Positions 14,352 to 27,030 of a DNA stretch of 64,000 nucleotides are shown here, in pieces. Every line of letters begins with the position of its first letter. The stretch's first letter is position 1. The position numbers and the translations under genes are program-made. This DNA comes from Leptogorgia sarmentosa (Eukaryota), in NCBI GenBank assembly GCA_964658305.1, contig OZ210885.1, forward strand, positions 8,308,001 through 8,372,000. The letters run 5' to 3'. The notes beneath the pieces were generated by a model. It made no database searches. It saw only the letters and a program-made list of their open reading frames with translations, and was not told where the DNA came from.

Positions 14352-15559
14352 GTATAGTTCAAATTATTTATTTGGGCCAGCTTTCTCGTAAATAGGTTGC
14401 GGACGATCTCGTTTTCATTTCATTTCAGCAAATTCATTTTCATTTTACTAAATTCATATTAACCTAGCCTCAACCTTGTTAATTTTTGTGCTTCAAGTAC
14501 TGTACCATGTTCAAAAACTACTATTTTTACGTAGAACAAATTTACCTAGAAATTAAAATCTTGTAGATACTCGTGTATAATTAGCAAATCGGAATAGTTA
14601 ATGAGAAACGTTCTTGTCTGCAACGCTCTGCACTGATATGAAGACAGAAAACCGGTGGTTAAGTACAATTGAATGGATATTAGCAGGCTTTCGTAGATTG
14701 ATTACGTTAATTGCCTTTTGATTTGTATGCCTAAGATAATTGCATGTAAAGAAAAGAATTACTTTGTCATTCTTATAACCAATCGTAATTACAAAATTTC
14801 AACTAGTTTCATGTAGTAAGATATTTTATATTTTGATGTTTCGCTCGTGTTGTGTTTGTCATTGTCGTCTGTGTGTATCAAATATTCCGTATCTCTACAC
14901 TCTTCCTTGTATCCATATAATAAACAAATTACTTCATGCGCAGTTGGCTCGTTTCTTCAAATTTTATTATTTGCGAATCTCTATTTGCATCATTCACGAA
15001 AGGGAAATGTTTTATGAGATTTGGGGACTCTCTAAGACGGGAAGAGAGTACATAGAGATTGGCTACTTCACGGTTGGCGAGTGTATACAATTTTTATTCA
15101 CCAATTGTGATGGATCGCTAAATACGATCTTAGCTTATACGATCGTGAGCTGGTTTGAAATATGTCCAGACGAAGTCTTGGAATGGATTTAATGTGAAGT
15201 TACAGGGTTCCACATAAAGCCTATCATTGTTGTTATGCAGTTTCAGCGTGCGTTTCCAGTCCATTCTTTTGATAGTTTACGCTCTAGTCCATTAGAATAA
15301 GGTTCAATATGCGACCACACTCAAAAATTACGAAGTGTTCAGCGAACACTAAGTGTAAATTTGCACAATTTTGGTGTGGCTAAATGGGTGAGAGGGCGCG
15401 AATATTCCTATATCGTGTTTTGCATTGATTAATTTCTTTGGAAATCCCTCCTATTATCGGTAATAAATACAAACCAGATTTTTTTATGAAATTTATATAG
15501 CTATATTTAAAATATTGACAAATGGTCCAGCATATGGGAACAATATTATATATTACATT

Positions 15560-15900
15560 ACAATTTAAATTTGCCTCTTAACTTTCACAATCCGCTAAAT
15601 CGTATCGCATTCTAATGTACTTTCTCACAATTCCTATAAATATCTAAAGAATGGTAGTCTAGTAGTTCATCGTAATTTATTGCTACAAAGTTATTTATCA
15701 ATGCAACGTCATATGAATGGAGGTGCTTGCGATAGCTCAATGTGTGCATTTTTTTACAAGTAAAAAATACATCTCCATTTGTGATGATGAAAATATCTTC
15801 TATAATAAAAGAATGGCAATATCGAATGCTGGTAGACAACTGCTGTGTAGGTTCCGGATATAATAACATCAACAAGCAACAAAAGTTCTACTTACTACCT
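15560..15900 (-). pseudogene. Possible C-terminal fragment of a CACTA/EnSpm-like transposase
   Basis: FIIEDIFII..VFFTCK..YRKHLHSYDV..YDELLDYHSLDIY resembles animal EnSpm-type transposase C-termini (recall only). Confidence 0.35.
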
Positions 15901-16170
15901 AAACGTTAGAAAACAAATTCACTGCCTATATCGTTCAGTTGGTGAGTAGAACTTACTATCAAGTTATATTAGATACAGTATTGAATCCACTACTCAAGAT
16001 TTTTCTTTTCATTGTATAATATGAATCCTTAAATTGCAAAGATTTTTACATTAATTTTAATAACGCGTCCAACTTGATCATGCACAACCTATTTGTGACT
16101 GTTACAGAAAATATCCTTTTAATGTTTACTTCAATTTCTGAATTGATTATTTTTCCTTCCTGATCAATAG

Positions 16171-16268
16171 GTGACCTTGAATGGGCAAAACATGTTGCAG
16201 TCTCTGCTGATGATCGCTATGTCGTGTCGCTGTCAAAGGATTATAAATCAACGAAGTCCTCGATAAAG
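16171..16268 (+). CDS. NWD-like gene, visible exon 6 (98 nt, not in ORF track)
   Basis: caatag|GT...AAG|gtgtag; GDLEWAKHVAVSADDRYVVSLSKDYKSTKSSIK; phase 1-0, which exactly bridges exons 5 and 7. Confidence 0.85.
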
Positions 16269-17230
16269 GTGTAGTACACAAGGCTACTAGTCATACTGTG
16301 CATATAGAAATACATAACAATAGAAACATCCAAACACAAGAAATTTTTTGAATTGTCTGTTCCACGTTCCAACTCGGCGTATTCATTATTAGGAATGTAT
16401 ACCGAATTTTTACAAAACATGGGTACATATAGCTATTTGTGAAACGCATTGATAATTCACGAAGAAAACAAAGAGGAAATCATCAGCATGCAGGTGTCAG
16501 TATATGTAATACGCAAATTTCGGTGACTGGCATAAACTATAAGTCTATAACTTTGATTTTCTGATGCTATATGATATCAGATGTGTTTTTAAAATTAAAG
16601 AAGGTTTGTATCAGACCCTAAAAATCGAAGGTATGGACTGGAAACTCTGGCTTAAATTGCACGGCATCCGCGTCTTGCGCTTTGTTTTGAAACCTGTAAC
16701 TTCACATTTAATCCATTCCAGGACTTCGTACTGACATATTTTAAACCAGAACCGAAAGAAATGTACATTTACATATAATATATAGTAAGAAAGCATAAGA
16801 ATGACCGTTTTAAGTAGGTTATATTTTAATATTAAAAATAGTCTAGTAAAATTGTATATCAGTATATGGATTATTATTATTTAATGACCTTCGATTTTGC
16901 AATCTTAAAGATTGAAATACATCCATAGGCATAACAGCATGGTTACCTATTACATATAAAATATCAGAGTATATGGTAAAAATGTTAAAAAACAAAAAAA
17001 TTTTAAAAAACTGTTGATTAAAACTAAGCGTTAGTACTAAAAGTTATTAAAACGTTCAACAGAGGACGGAATAAAAGAGTTTTTGAGAACGAACATTGAA
17101 GCATTGCCTTTCAATTTCATAAACAGCTTTAAATTTCATAAACAGCTTTAAATTTCGACAGATTCAGTAAGTTACTAACTTACCATGTGTTATGGAATGG
17201 ATTCTCATGCAAGATTTAAGACAAACTATA

Positions 17231-17444
17231 CAGTATTGTGCAAAAGTTATAGGCACCTTGTCAAAAAGCATTCAGTGACGCCATCTTATTGTAAACTTAT
17301 ACGATGCAAAAGTTATAGGCACCTCGTGAAAAAGCATTTGACGCCATCTTATTGTAAACTTATTGTAAACTTATACGATAAGTTTACAATAAGATGGCGT
17401 CAAATGCTTTTTCACGAGGTGCCTATAACTTTTGCACAGTACTG
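17231..17444. mobile_element. Tc1/mariner-type hairpin MITE with internally duplicated left arm
   Basis: TA|cagtattgtgcaaaagttataggcac ... gtgcctataacttttgcacagtactg|TA; left-arm segment present twice in tandem. Confidence 0.8.
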
Positions 17445-19570
17445 TACATCAACTTCATTCAGACCTGTATGATGACGGTTTCAGGTCAACGTACTCATAA
17501 CCCATGATAGATAATAATTGAAGTATGAATATGTGACCAGTGTAGGTAGCAGATGGCAACATCAACAACAAATAGAGGTCTACTCAATACGTATAAGGGA
17601 TATACAAATGGATTTGATGTATCCCGCAAAAGGCCCTCGTCGGGAATTAGTGTAACACACTATTCGATCCCACCGAAGGGCCTCTGCTCGAAACGTAAAA
17701 TCTGTTTATGTTATTCAGGTAGTGAGTAGACTCTTTGCTCTCTGTTAATAAAGCCACTACCAACACAACTGAGTATTTTAAATACAACTCAATTCATTTG
17801 TATTGTATGTAGTTAGATAATCTGGAAGCAGATTAACCCGATCGTAAAATACCCCCAATACTAAAATCCCCATGCACCATGCAATTTGTCATCTATACGG
17901 GAAAGACACTTACAGTACTATCTATTTTGTGTTGCTGGAAGACCCAGCAACAACTTACTGAATGCTGAAGTTCTGTCATGTACGAGTTTGCATTTTGGTG
18001 ATGCGATACACGATATATATTGTTCAAGATTTGTACCTATATAGATATGTATAATTGACGTTTGATATAGTCCAATTAATATGAGGCTCGAGATAATCCT
18101 GTATATAATCGATGACTAGATGGGGCAAGAATCGTGGAAAAATTCATTGTGGACAACGCATGCATAAATAGTAATACTTGTCAACTGGTGAAAGAAATCA
18201 AATTTCAACTCCCCCCGCTCGTGTAGTGGAGGAGGTCTCATGCAGTTTACAATTTATAACGTTCCTGTAACGGGATGGTTGTTCACATGTAAGATTGCGC
18301 CATCCACTGAATAACTACATTAGGGAACACACCAATTCCTGAGGAAGGACGTTTCATCGAAACGTTAAATCTGTTTCTATCGTTTAGGTAGTGATCAACA
18401 CCGTTGCTCTTTGTTGAATTTCCTAAAACAACCCGTTAAAACTCTGACGCGAATAATACTTAAATATTTTGAAGTTGAATATTCTTTTTTATCAATTGCC
18501 TGCACCGTATCTGCGATTTTATACCTTCCCGAGCATTTTAACAACGGTTGAAATATTTGCTAACAAGTATCTAGCCCTATCTGACTTTTCCACTGTTGGC
18601 CACCGTTCCATGGCGGTTCCATTATTAGTCTAACGAACACTCCAATAGACTCCTGAACTCAAGCAAACAAGGCAAACTTTCTCCAGTAGCTTTATTCACG
18701 CGGTTGTATACATGCAGTTAAACTGTTAAATGCATAAATAAAGTATGAAGACATAAATTGAACAAAATCATTAAAAAGATTGTGTTACTGAGGGTAATGT
18801 GCTTTCCAGCCTTTATATCCACTGATCTCCTACTACCGGATTTATCATCCTTTTGGATTCAGTCTGGAATTTTGAAGTTAGAAAATTTCTAATGAGATAA
18901 GATTCTAAAATGAGTGACATTGATTGCAGTTTCCATAAATGGTATCGCAACATTCATGGTCGGATTATAAAGAAAATGCCTTTTGCAGTTGCAGTTTAAG
19001 ACATACACAGAGCTGGTCATAACTTTTCTAGTGCTTTCTAGAACGTTTTAACAGCTTTGTAAAGAATCACACAGCGTACATCTTCGTGTGACCTCATTAG
19101 TTATTCACGGGCAAATTTAAAAGGAAAAAGACACAATTTTTGGAGGAAATTTATTCAGGCAATGTTTAATAAATATTTCAAGTAATAACCTAAAACTGTA
19201 GGAACTTCAAAAGCACCACAGTGGATTTTAGATGGTGTCAGCAATATGGGCACATTTGGTTCATTTATGCATTTCCGAAGCTTTGTCCAGTCATATTCTA
19301 GGTCTGTTCTTAATACGTATATCTCGGAAATTAAAACGTAAAACCTAATCTAGAACGTATTAACTAATTTGTTGTGCTCTATCCCAATCCTTAAAAACTG
19401 CATAACTTCCGGTTTATAATCGCTTTAAGTAGCACGCATAATATAACTAATTAAACCTATTTACAAAGTCATTCATGTGCGTGTTAGTTATTTTGCTAAA
19501 ATCAATGTAGTCACAAGTTTAAAGCGTTTCTTGCGTATCACAGAGAAAAACTTTTCCTTTTATTTTCAAG

Positions 19571-19979
19571 GTATGGAATTTGTCTGATGGCAGTGTGATC
19601 AATGAATTTGATAGCGATGGCACACCTGAGATAGTTCGCTTTAGTTCTGATGGGTTGCAAGTTATAATTGGATGCAAAGATAAGCATGTGTTCATCTGGG
19701 ACTGGCAAAAGTCAGATGCGTCTTTGAAAGAAGTCATTTCACCCGCATCCTATACAGTGGAAATAGCATGCGATCGCAACATGATTTACACATGCACCCC
19801 TGACATGCATATTTGTGAAATCAATCTCGACTCACTACAAGTATCGACTGTTCGTCAAGGGTCGAGCGTCCCACCAGTAATATCACCCGACGGTAAAAGA
19901 GTATTATTTGGATCGCTTCAGAATAATGTGTTTTTCAACCGGAAACTGTCAACAGATAGTTGGGTCGACCATAATGCAG
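19571..19979 (+). CDS. NWD-like gene, visible exon 7 (WD40)
   Basis: ttcaag|GTATGG...CAG|gtgggt; VWNLSDG..VRFSSDGLQVIIGCKDKHVFIWDW; phase 0-1. Confidence 0.9.
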
Positions 19980-21176
19980 GTGGGTAAATCAAGGATTATT
20001 TCAAACTTCTAAATACTTTTAAGTCATTGATGCGACTACAGGGTATTGTACTATCTTTATACACGCAAAATTTATGTGTGTGAAATATCCGTTTTAATTC
20101 AGAATATATCTCTCCCAAAAAAAGAGTGCATTCAAATTGATTTTGGATTCGATTTAACAAATCGTCATGGCTTCACATGCTATTTTCTGATTACGAACAA
20201 TACAATTAAAACGGTTTCATCGCGAGTGTCTAGCTACAAGCCGATATGCATTATTTAGGTATGTTGCATGTAGCTAGAGAAAGAATAGCAAACCTTCAAG
20301 ATTGCTGTGATATAGAAATTCTATAGGATTTGCAGCACATCGATACCCATGAATGTAAATCTCAATGCTTATTTAGCTTGTATTGTCACCCACGCAATCA
20401 AAGAGCGCGCAAAATATGCGTTTGCGCACGTACGCAAACATAATTCGTCATTGGAGGAATATTCATCGTCATAATGCTCTTAGGAAACGAACTCGCCCAT
20501 ATTTTTTCCGTTACGCCCGCAAATGACATTAACTTCAAATTTCCGTTTAACACCTAGCCTAATAGTGCTAACGCGCCCCAATTATCTGGACACTAATCCT
20601 AATTACATTTCCGCCTCGCCTTTACTAGCTAACGTATAAAATAACGCGCAAATTGTTAGAGTCAGTCGTCAGACAGTCATAGCTTCGCGCTTGGTGAGTT
20701 ATTATCAACTGTATTCTTTTGTGATGTTGCTTTAATATATGTGGATAAATACTATATGTGTACAAAATCTTCTTAGTGTTGAGTATTTCATATGCAACTT
20801 CGCACAATACAACTCGAGCGAATCTCACATACTCAAATACTAAACATGGCTAGAAATATGCGACATGCAGTATTACGCAATGGGCATTCGCACTTTCAAA
20901 ATTCTCGTAAATTTATAGTATGCAGCAACGCAAAATAGTATGTTTTCTTACATGCGAAGTATAAACATGGTAAATCGACTTGTAGCGAATCGAAAAAGCA
21001 AAATATTGTGATATTTAGAAGCCGATAAACCTTGTCCCCCGAGCGATTCAAACGTATCCATGGATTGTAGCGTATTAGCCGCCATTAAAAATCAATTTTT
21101 ATATACTTCACTGAAAGAGAGCGGTGTTTTAGGATACATGAAATACAAATTCCAACATGCGAAGCTTGATTTGTCA

Positions 21177-21384
21177 AGATGGGGTTTCGGCGGCTTCAAC
21201 TAATATAAAACCTATAAAAGGTTACGTATCTTTCCCTTGTCCAGCTTTACGTTTATGTTCGATAGTTATGGATATTTCAAGCAAAGCGAAGCACTTTGCC
21301 GAACATAAACGTAAAGCTGGACAAGGGAAAGATACGTAACCTTTTATAGGTTTTATATTAGTTGAAGCCGCCGAAACCCCATCT
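21177..21384. repeat. Perfect inverted repeat, 85-bp arms, 38-nt spacer (fold-back/MITE)
   Basis: 21177-21261 is the reverse complement of 21300-21384; this explains the mirror ORFs at 21157 (+) and 21222 (-). Confidence 0.9.
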
Positions 21385-23734
21385 CGGGCATTATAACAGC
21401 ATAATGCCACGCGACTCGTTATCTATTTCTTAAATATTTTGACCTTATCAATATTAATTCAGTTATCTCAGTGATTGGAAGTTGTATGAAGGATCCCGAC
21501 TACGAGCCCTAATTCTGTCGTCACTCCTATGTGGTAAACCTGAAAGTTGCAACACTGGTAAATTTAAGTCGTCGATAGCTTGTCGAAAACACGTAAAAGA
21601 GGGTTGAGAACGAAATAGAGGACCGCAATGTTATATGGTTAGCATGAGTTCTTCACCATTATTCATCCCCACAATATAATATCCGTTTCAATTCAGAATA
21701 TATTAGTATTTCAAAACCCCTCTCTCGTGAGTAGCTACAACACACGCCTCCAGGAGAAACTCACGACATGCGGCAAAAGCGGTGACAGGCAATTTGTAAA
21801 TGAGTTCGTGCAAAAAATCGAACCGGTCTTAGAGGTAAAAGGTGGAGTCTGCATGTGGAGAAAATAAACGACGAACAATTGATCTCTAATTCAAAATTCA
21901 TCAATCTACTGCGGGCGTGATTATAGTTGAATCAAACTAATTACTAACCACTAATTTTTCTGAGTATACAGCTAATTCACAAAACTTTGTCTTTTTCAAA
22001 CTCAAGGCATTAAACGTTCACGCGATGCATCGTGTTTTGCTTAATGAACTGTTGAATGTCCAGTTTCGATGAGGTGTTTACAGAGTTCACAAACAAATGT
22101 CAGACCTTGTTGGAAAGCTGGCATGATTTTCCTTTGGACAAGACTGCTTGTCGTACTCAACGAGGAAAAACGAAAAATTTCTTCGTTATACAGAGCTTTA
22201 TCGGCAAACCAATAAGACTATCCGCTTGCGTAGCAATATTATGCTTAGCAAGGTAAGTAAATAATTCCCAACGTCGCTCTAAATTAATTCCAGTCAATGA
22301 CTCATTTGCTATGAATTTGAAGTACGTGCCGATAAATTGTCTAGAAGACGAAATTTCGGCAAATATCACATCTGTAGCTACTTATAAGGAGCTCACTTCT
22401 TCAATTTGAAAGCCCATTATTTCGGTCAACCATGTTGCTCTACATCGTACGTCTTGGCTATATGCACGCGGCATCTTAAGATCACCTTCACTCCTCGCCT
22501 TTTAATAGTTCATTTATACGCGAGACTGTTCTCCATGCATTCCCATGATGCATTGTGCGCACAATGTTTTGAGTTTGGAAAGGACAACCTTTTTTGAATT
22601 AGTTGTACAGTACGTCACTCATAGTTGCCGCCAATATTGTATTTCCTGGGTCATTCTGCTGTTAAAAATGCGGGATCCAGTTGCAAATAATTTATATATT
22701 CGACTGTCAGTGATGAGTTTGACCGTCTATACAATTTCCATTATCGCGCAACTTAATTCCTAAAACTGCATTGTTCGTATGCATGATGACGATCTGCTAC
22801 TGGAAGCAATGCGATCTTGGAAAAAAAAGAAAAATCGTAATTGTATGTAATTTGTCCCATTTGTTAAATACAAAAGGTAGCTAACAGCGTGAATCACTGC
22901 TGGGTAACCGTTTCTTTACCACAATATACTTATTTTGATATATAGCGCTATTGTTAGGTCGCACCATAGCCAGAATTCGCGACATTTGAGCCCGCGCTAT
23001 CTTCCCAGCGGCTGTACGAACAATGTCCTCAGAATTCATCAATACCCGCCGATATCCCTCACCGTTTTCTCATCAAAATCAAAATGCCAAAAACAGCTGC
23101 TACTGAGAAACATAGTCCAACTGTCGAAACCATCTAAATCATCCGACTTTTTTCAACCCGCATCTCTCCTCGTAAGCAGTCTCAGCCATTCTGAATTTAA
23201 ATTTTCACGCGTTGCTTTTTGGAAAAGCATGTTTGCTGATGAATAGAGTCTCGGACTCACGACATATCTATAGGAAAAGGCTACACATCGAGAAAAATGC
23301 TTTCTCGCTCCACATTTTGGTACCAAACAGTTTTACTCTTGGGACATACTGGTAAACGATAAACCTCAGTTCAATATAAAACATACACGACTGTTCCGAT
23401 AACACAGTGGACTTTATTGATTTTGTAACTTGAAAAAGCAGAGTGGCTATAGATCGCCAAAACATCCAAGATGATGAAACGAATTCAAAAGCCACTCGTT
23501 CAAGCTAAAAGATTTCAACAATGATTGATTGTTGTCTAAGTATCATGAAATTTGAATTACAAGCTTATCTTTCCGAAAAATATGTTGTTCCCCCATCAAA
23601 ATTATCAGTTAATTTCTTTGAGTATTACTCGCAAAAAGCAGAGCCCGGTGTGAAAGATTATGGTAATTTGTGTTATTCATGCACTGACTTGGACACATTC
23701 AAATGACTTTAAATAAACGTTTTACCTCTTTCAG

Positions 23735-24339
23735 GTCATCCTGACGACTCGATAGTTACAGCAATTGACATCACATCAAATGGGAAATTTGCTTTGTCTG
23801 GAAGCAGTTCAGGAACATTGTCACTGGTCGACATAGAGTGTTCTAAAATAGTTCAAACCTTCGCAAAGACTGAATCTGGAGACGCCATACGTTTTGTGTG
23901 CTTATTAAGTGATGATGTCCGTTTCGTTTTTGTTGACGAGGCAAACAGGATCGAATTAAGAACTTCTAATGATACCGAGGCCAGCATTATTTTGGGACAA
24001 CCAGAAGTTAAAGTAACTTGCATTACTGCTCTTGGTTCAAACTATGCATTGCTTGGTTGTGATGACGGAGAACTGTTATGGTTTCATCTTAGCAATGACT
24101 CGCAGTTGAAATTCCCAGCACACGAGGATGCTATTTCTCAAGTTAGAGGCGAGCTAGGAGATCACGATCGTTCACGTCGCTTTGCATCGGGGTCTATCGG
24201 TGGGTCTGTAAAGCTTTGGAATGTTAAAGAAAACTTGCCGACGTTAATATGGTCACATGACAACATTTGTTCTGATTCCATAACCGCGTTAGAATTCGTG
24301 CCCTGCTCGGATGATATCATAATTGCTTCTGACGACGAG
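23735..24339 (+). CDS. NWD-like gene, visible exon 8 (WD40)
   Basis: tttcag|GT...GAG|gtatgt; GHPDDSIVTAIDITSNGKFALSGS..AHEDAISQV..FASGSIGGSVKLWN; phase 1-0. Confidence 0.9.
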
Positions 24340-24919
24340 GTATGTATATCATTTTCCAAACGAGATTGTCAAATGTTATTTTTGGCCGTGTTACTTGTTG
24401 CATAGGTTGAGCTGCAATTCAAATTTCGTGATGTCTCTTTACCGAACAAGATTGTCAAACGTTATTTTTAGGGCTTAATACTTGTTGTAGTCGAGCTGCA
24501 CTTCAAATTTCATTTCTTGCAGTACATGAAAAATAACACATACCATCCTCATTGTAAAGCGCTTCTATAGCGAATTAACTTTGTTCCAAGCATTTTTTGG
24601 AAATCGGAAGACAAATTTGGAAGAAAGCCCCTAGTTCAGCCCTTGACTGGAAGAACACAACAAAATGAATGGTGGTGTTGAAGTCGTGTGCATGTTTGTT
24701 TTTTCGCTGATCGATGTTTTGAGCACGTGCACTGTGGAAAGTTGGAGATAGCGGGAGTTCGTCATAGCGAGGGTTGATGTAAATGTACTATGAGTTTAAT
24801 GGAACTGACTGAAGTTCGCGAGATAACGCAAGATTCGAGATAACCCAGTTCGTTATAGCGGGATTCTACTGTAGCGCTCATGCACTATTCCGTGATAATA
24901 CAACTGACTAATATCCCAC

Positions 24920-25439
24920 CCGTTAAACAAAGACCTCGACGGATAGTACCCGATATTTCTCAATTGAGAACATGGGTAATGCCCACGCTGGACTATCGTC
25001 TAAGTAGCCTGGCCTGGTAATTAAATTATGAACAGTGATTGCCCGGGTCTATATAATCATATGCATTTAGCCAGGCCAGAGTGGTGAGCAGCGAGCTCGA
25101 TTTAGCTCAAGTGGTAAGGCACGCGGTGCGTGCGTTGCAGTTCTATAGTTCAAGCCCCAGTTCGACACATTTTTTCAGCGTTAGTGATGAAAACTTTTTT
25201 TTCCTCAATATTTTTCCGACCACAATGGTCAGGGTTAGGATTCTAGGGTTTGGGTTGGGATTAAGGAAATTCTTAGTATATAGAAAAATGGTTTATATAT
25301 ATCTAACACTAATATAACTATATCAAGAGTAATACTGAAACGCCGACCAGCAATCTTAGGCGATAGTCCAGCGTGGGCATTACCCGTGTTCTCAATTGAG
25401 AAATATTGGGTACTACCCGTTGAGGTCTTTGTTCAACGG
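24920..25439. mobile_element. Non-autonomous element with ~85-bp TIRs and an internal tRNA-like segment
   Basis: ccgttaaacaaagacctc...gctggactatcgtctaag vs cttaggcgatagtccagc...gaggtctttgttcaacgg; internal tagctcaagtggtaag (A box) and gttcaagccc (B box). Confidence 0.7.
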
Positions 25440-26339
25440 CTCTCTGCATCGACTGCATGGATGGAAATTCTGAAAATAATGCACTTACAGCCTTGTAGTA
25501 AATTATCAGCTGCAACTCAAAACGTCAAAACGCAATAATAATAACCAGGCCATGTCCATTCAAGCTGTAACTAATAACATGATGTCCATGTCTCACAATG
25601 TCACAGACATGAAAATTCGTGTTTGTTAAACTTAAAGGCAGTCAAAATTCCAGGCTCAAAAATTCCGCTATACATGGCTTACTGTTTTATATCACTGACA
25701 AGCCTATAACTGGGTACCGCGCCCGAAAAATTCCTAAGGTAAGAGATTGACAAATCTGGTTTTGTATAAATCTTGTAGCTATATGCATGAGAATTCCGCT
25801 ATCTCTATAACTTGGTTATCTCGAATCTCCCGTTATCTCGAACTGAAGCTCATACTTCATTTATATCAACCCTCGCTATGTCGAACTCCCGGTATCTCGA
25901 ACAAATTTTCGTTGCCCAATTGAGAGTTCGAGATAGCAAGATTCTACTGCATGTACTGCTGATTATTCTAATTTGCAAAAAAGTGTATAGAGTTTGAACC
26001 CCTAATAGCTACATGATCATTGTTGTGGCGCGCTTTATTTCAGTTTGAAAGTAAGATCTAAATTTTTGCAAGTTATATATTCATGTGTGTAGCTACGTGT
26101 AATGACAGAGCAAAGACCGGAGTTTAATGTAGCAAATAACTTTTTATTTCACAAATTTATATTAATCATCTGCTGATGACATCCGTGCACAAAAACCAGT
26201 CCAATACCTACGTGAAATCTGGAACGATCGTGAATGGATAAAATTGAAGCCGAGATTCGCGTATGTTTTGACTTGGAAAATTACCTTTCATGCAATAGGC
26301 TGAGGTTTATCGGCAATAGAAAACTAGAATGGGGTTAAA

Positions 26340-27030
26340 ATCTGGCTTAATATATAGCTGCGGAGTAAAACAGAGGGCAACAACTCCGGGTGCGGCTATA
26401 CCCATAACAGTTAACCACCTTAACCTGTTTCAAATGTTGCATGCCGTTCACACAGACGTCCTTTGACTCTAAGTTGGTTTGGGCTGCTATGACATTAAAA
26501 AATTTTTGGCTTTCTCCGTCTTGGAGAATTAACTTGTAACTCTAAGTTCAATTAACCCAGATATACACCTGACCAGAGAATGTATAAAATTTTTCATCGA
26601 ATAGTGGTGGCAAAACACTTCAATTCATGACGGTCCTTATGAAGGAATCTAAGACCGATCCATTCCGCCTGGGTCATGCAATAACAATAGGCGGTACATA
26701 CTCCGAAGTCTGTCCAGTTGAAGCCATGCTAAACTACACCCGGCTACGTCCAACAGTAACTGGGCCGCTCTTTATTTTTGCATCTGGAAAACCTCTTACT
26801 AAGCAAAATCTAACCTTTGAAACCCGAAAGCTGCTTAACCAGGCGGGGTTGAATGCATCAAATTATGCCGGCCATAGCCGCCGGATTGGTGCTGCTACAA
26901 CGGCTGCTAAAGCGGACCTACCTGCATGACTCATCAAAACCCTTGCGCGGTGGTCTTCAGACTGTTACGAAAGATAAATCAAAACACCAACGTCAACCCT
27001 ATCAGGAGTACCTGCCGTGTTGGTTAAAGT
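26340..27030 (+). pseudogene. DIRS/Ngaro-type tyrosine recombinase relic
   Basis: WAAMTL, FGFLRLGELT, KESKTDPFRLG, CPVEAM, GPLFIF, YAGHSRRIGAATTAA, LIKTLARWSSDCY; contains stops and frameshifts. Confidence 0.85.

Noticed and set aside
21900..23500. Possible decayed transposase on the minus strand
   Set aside because: Composition looks coding-like but I could not identify convincing motifs.
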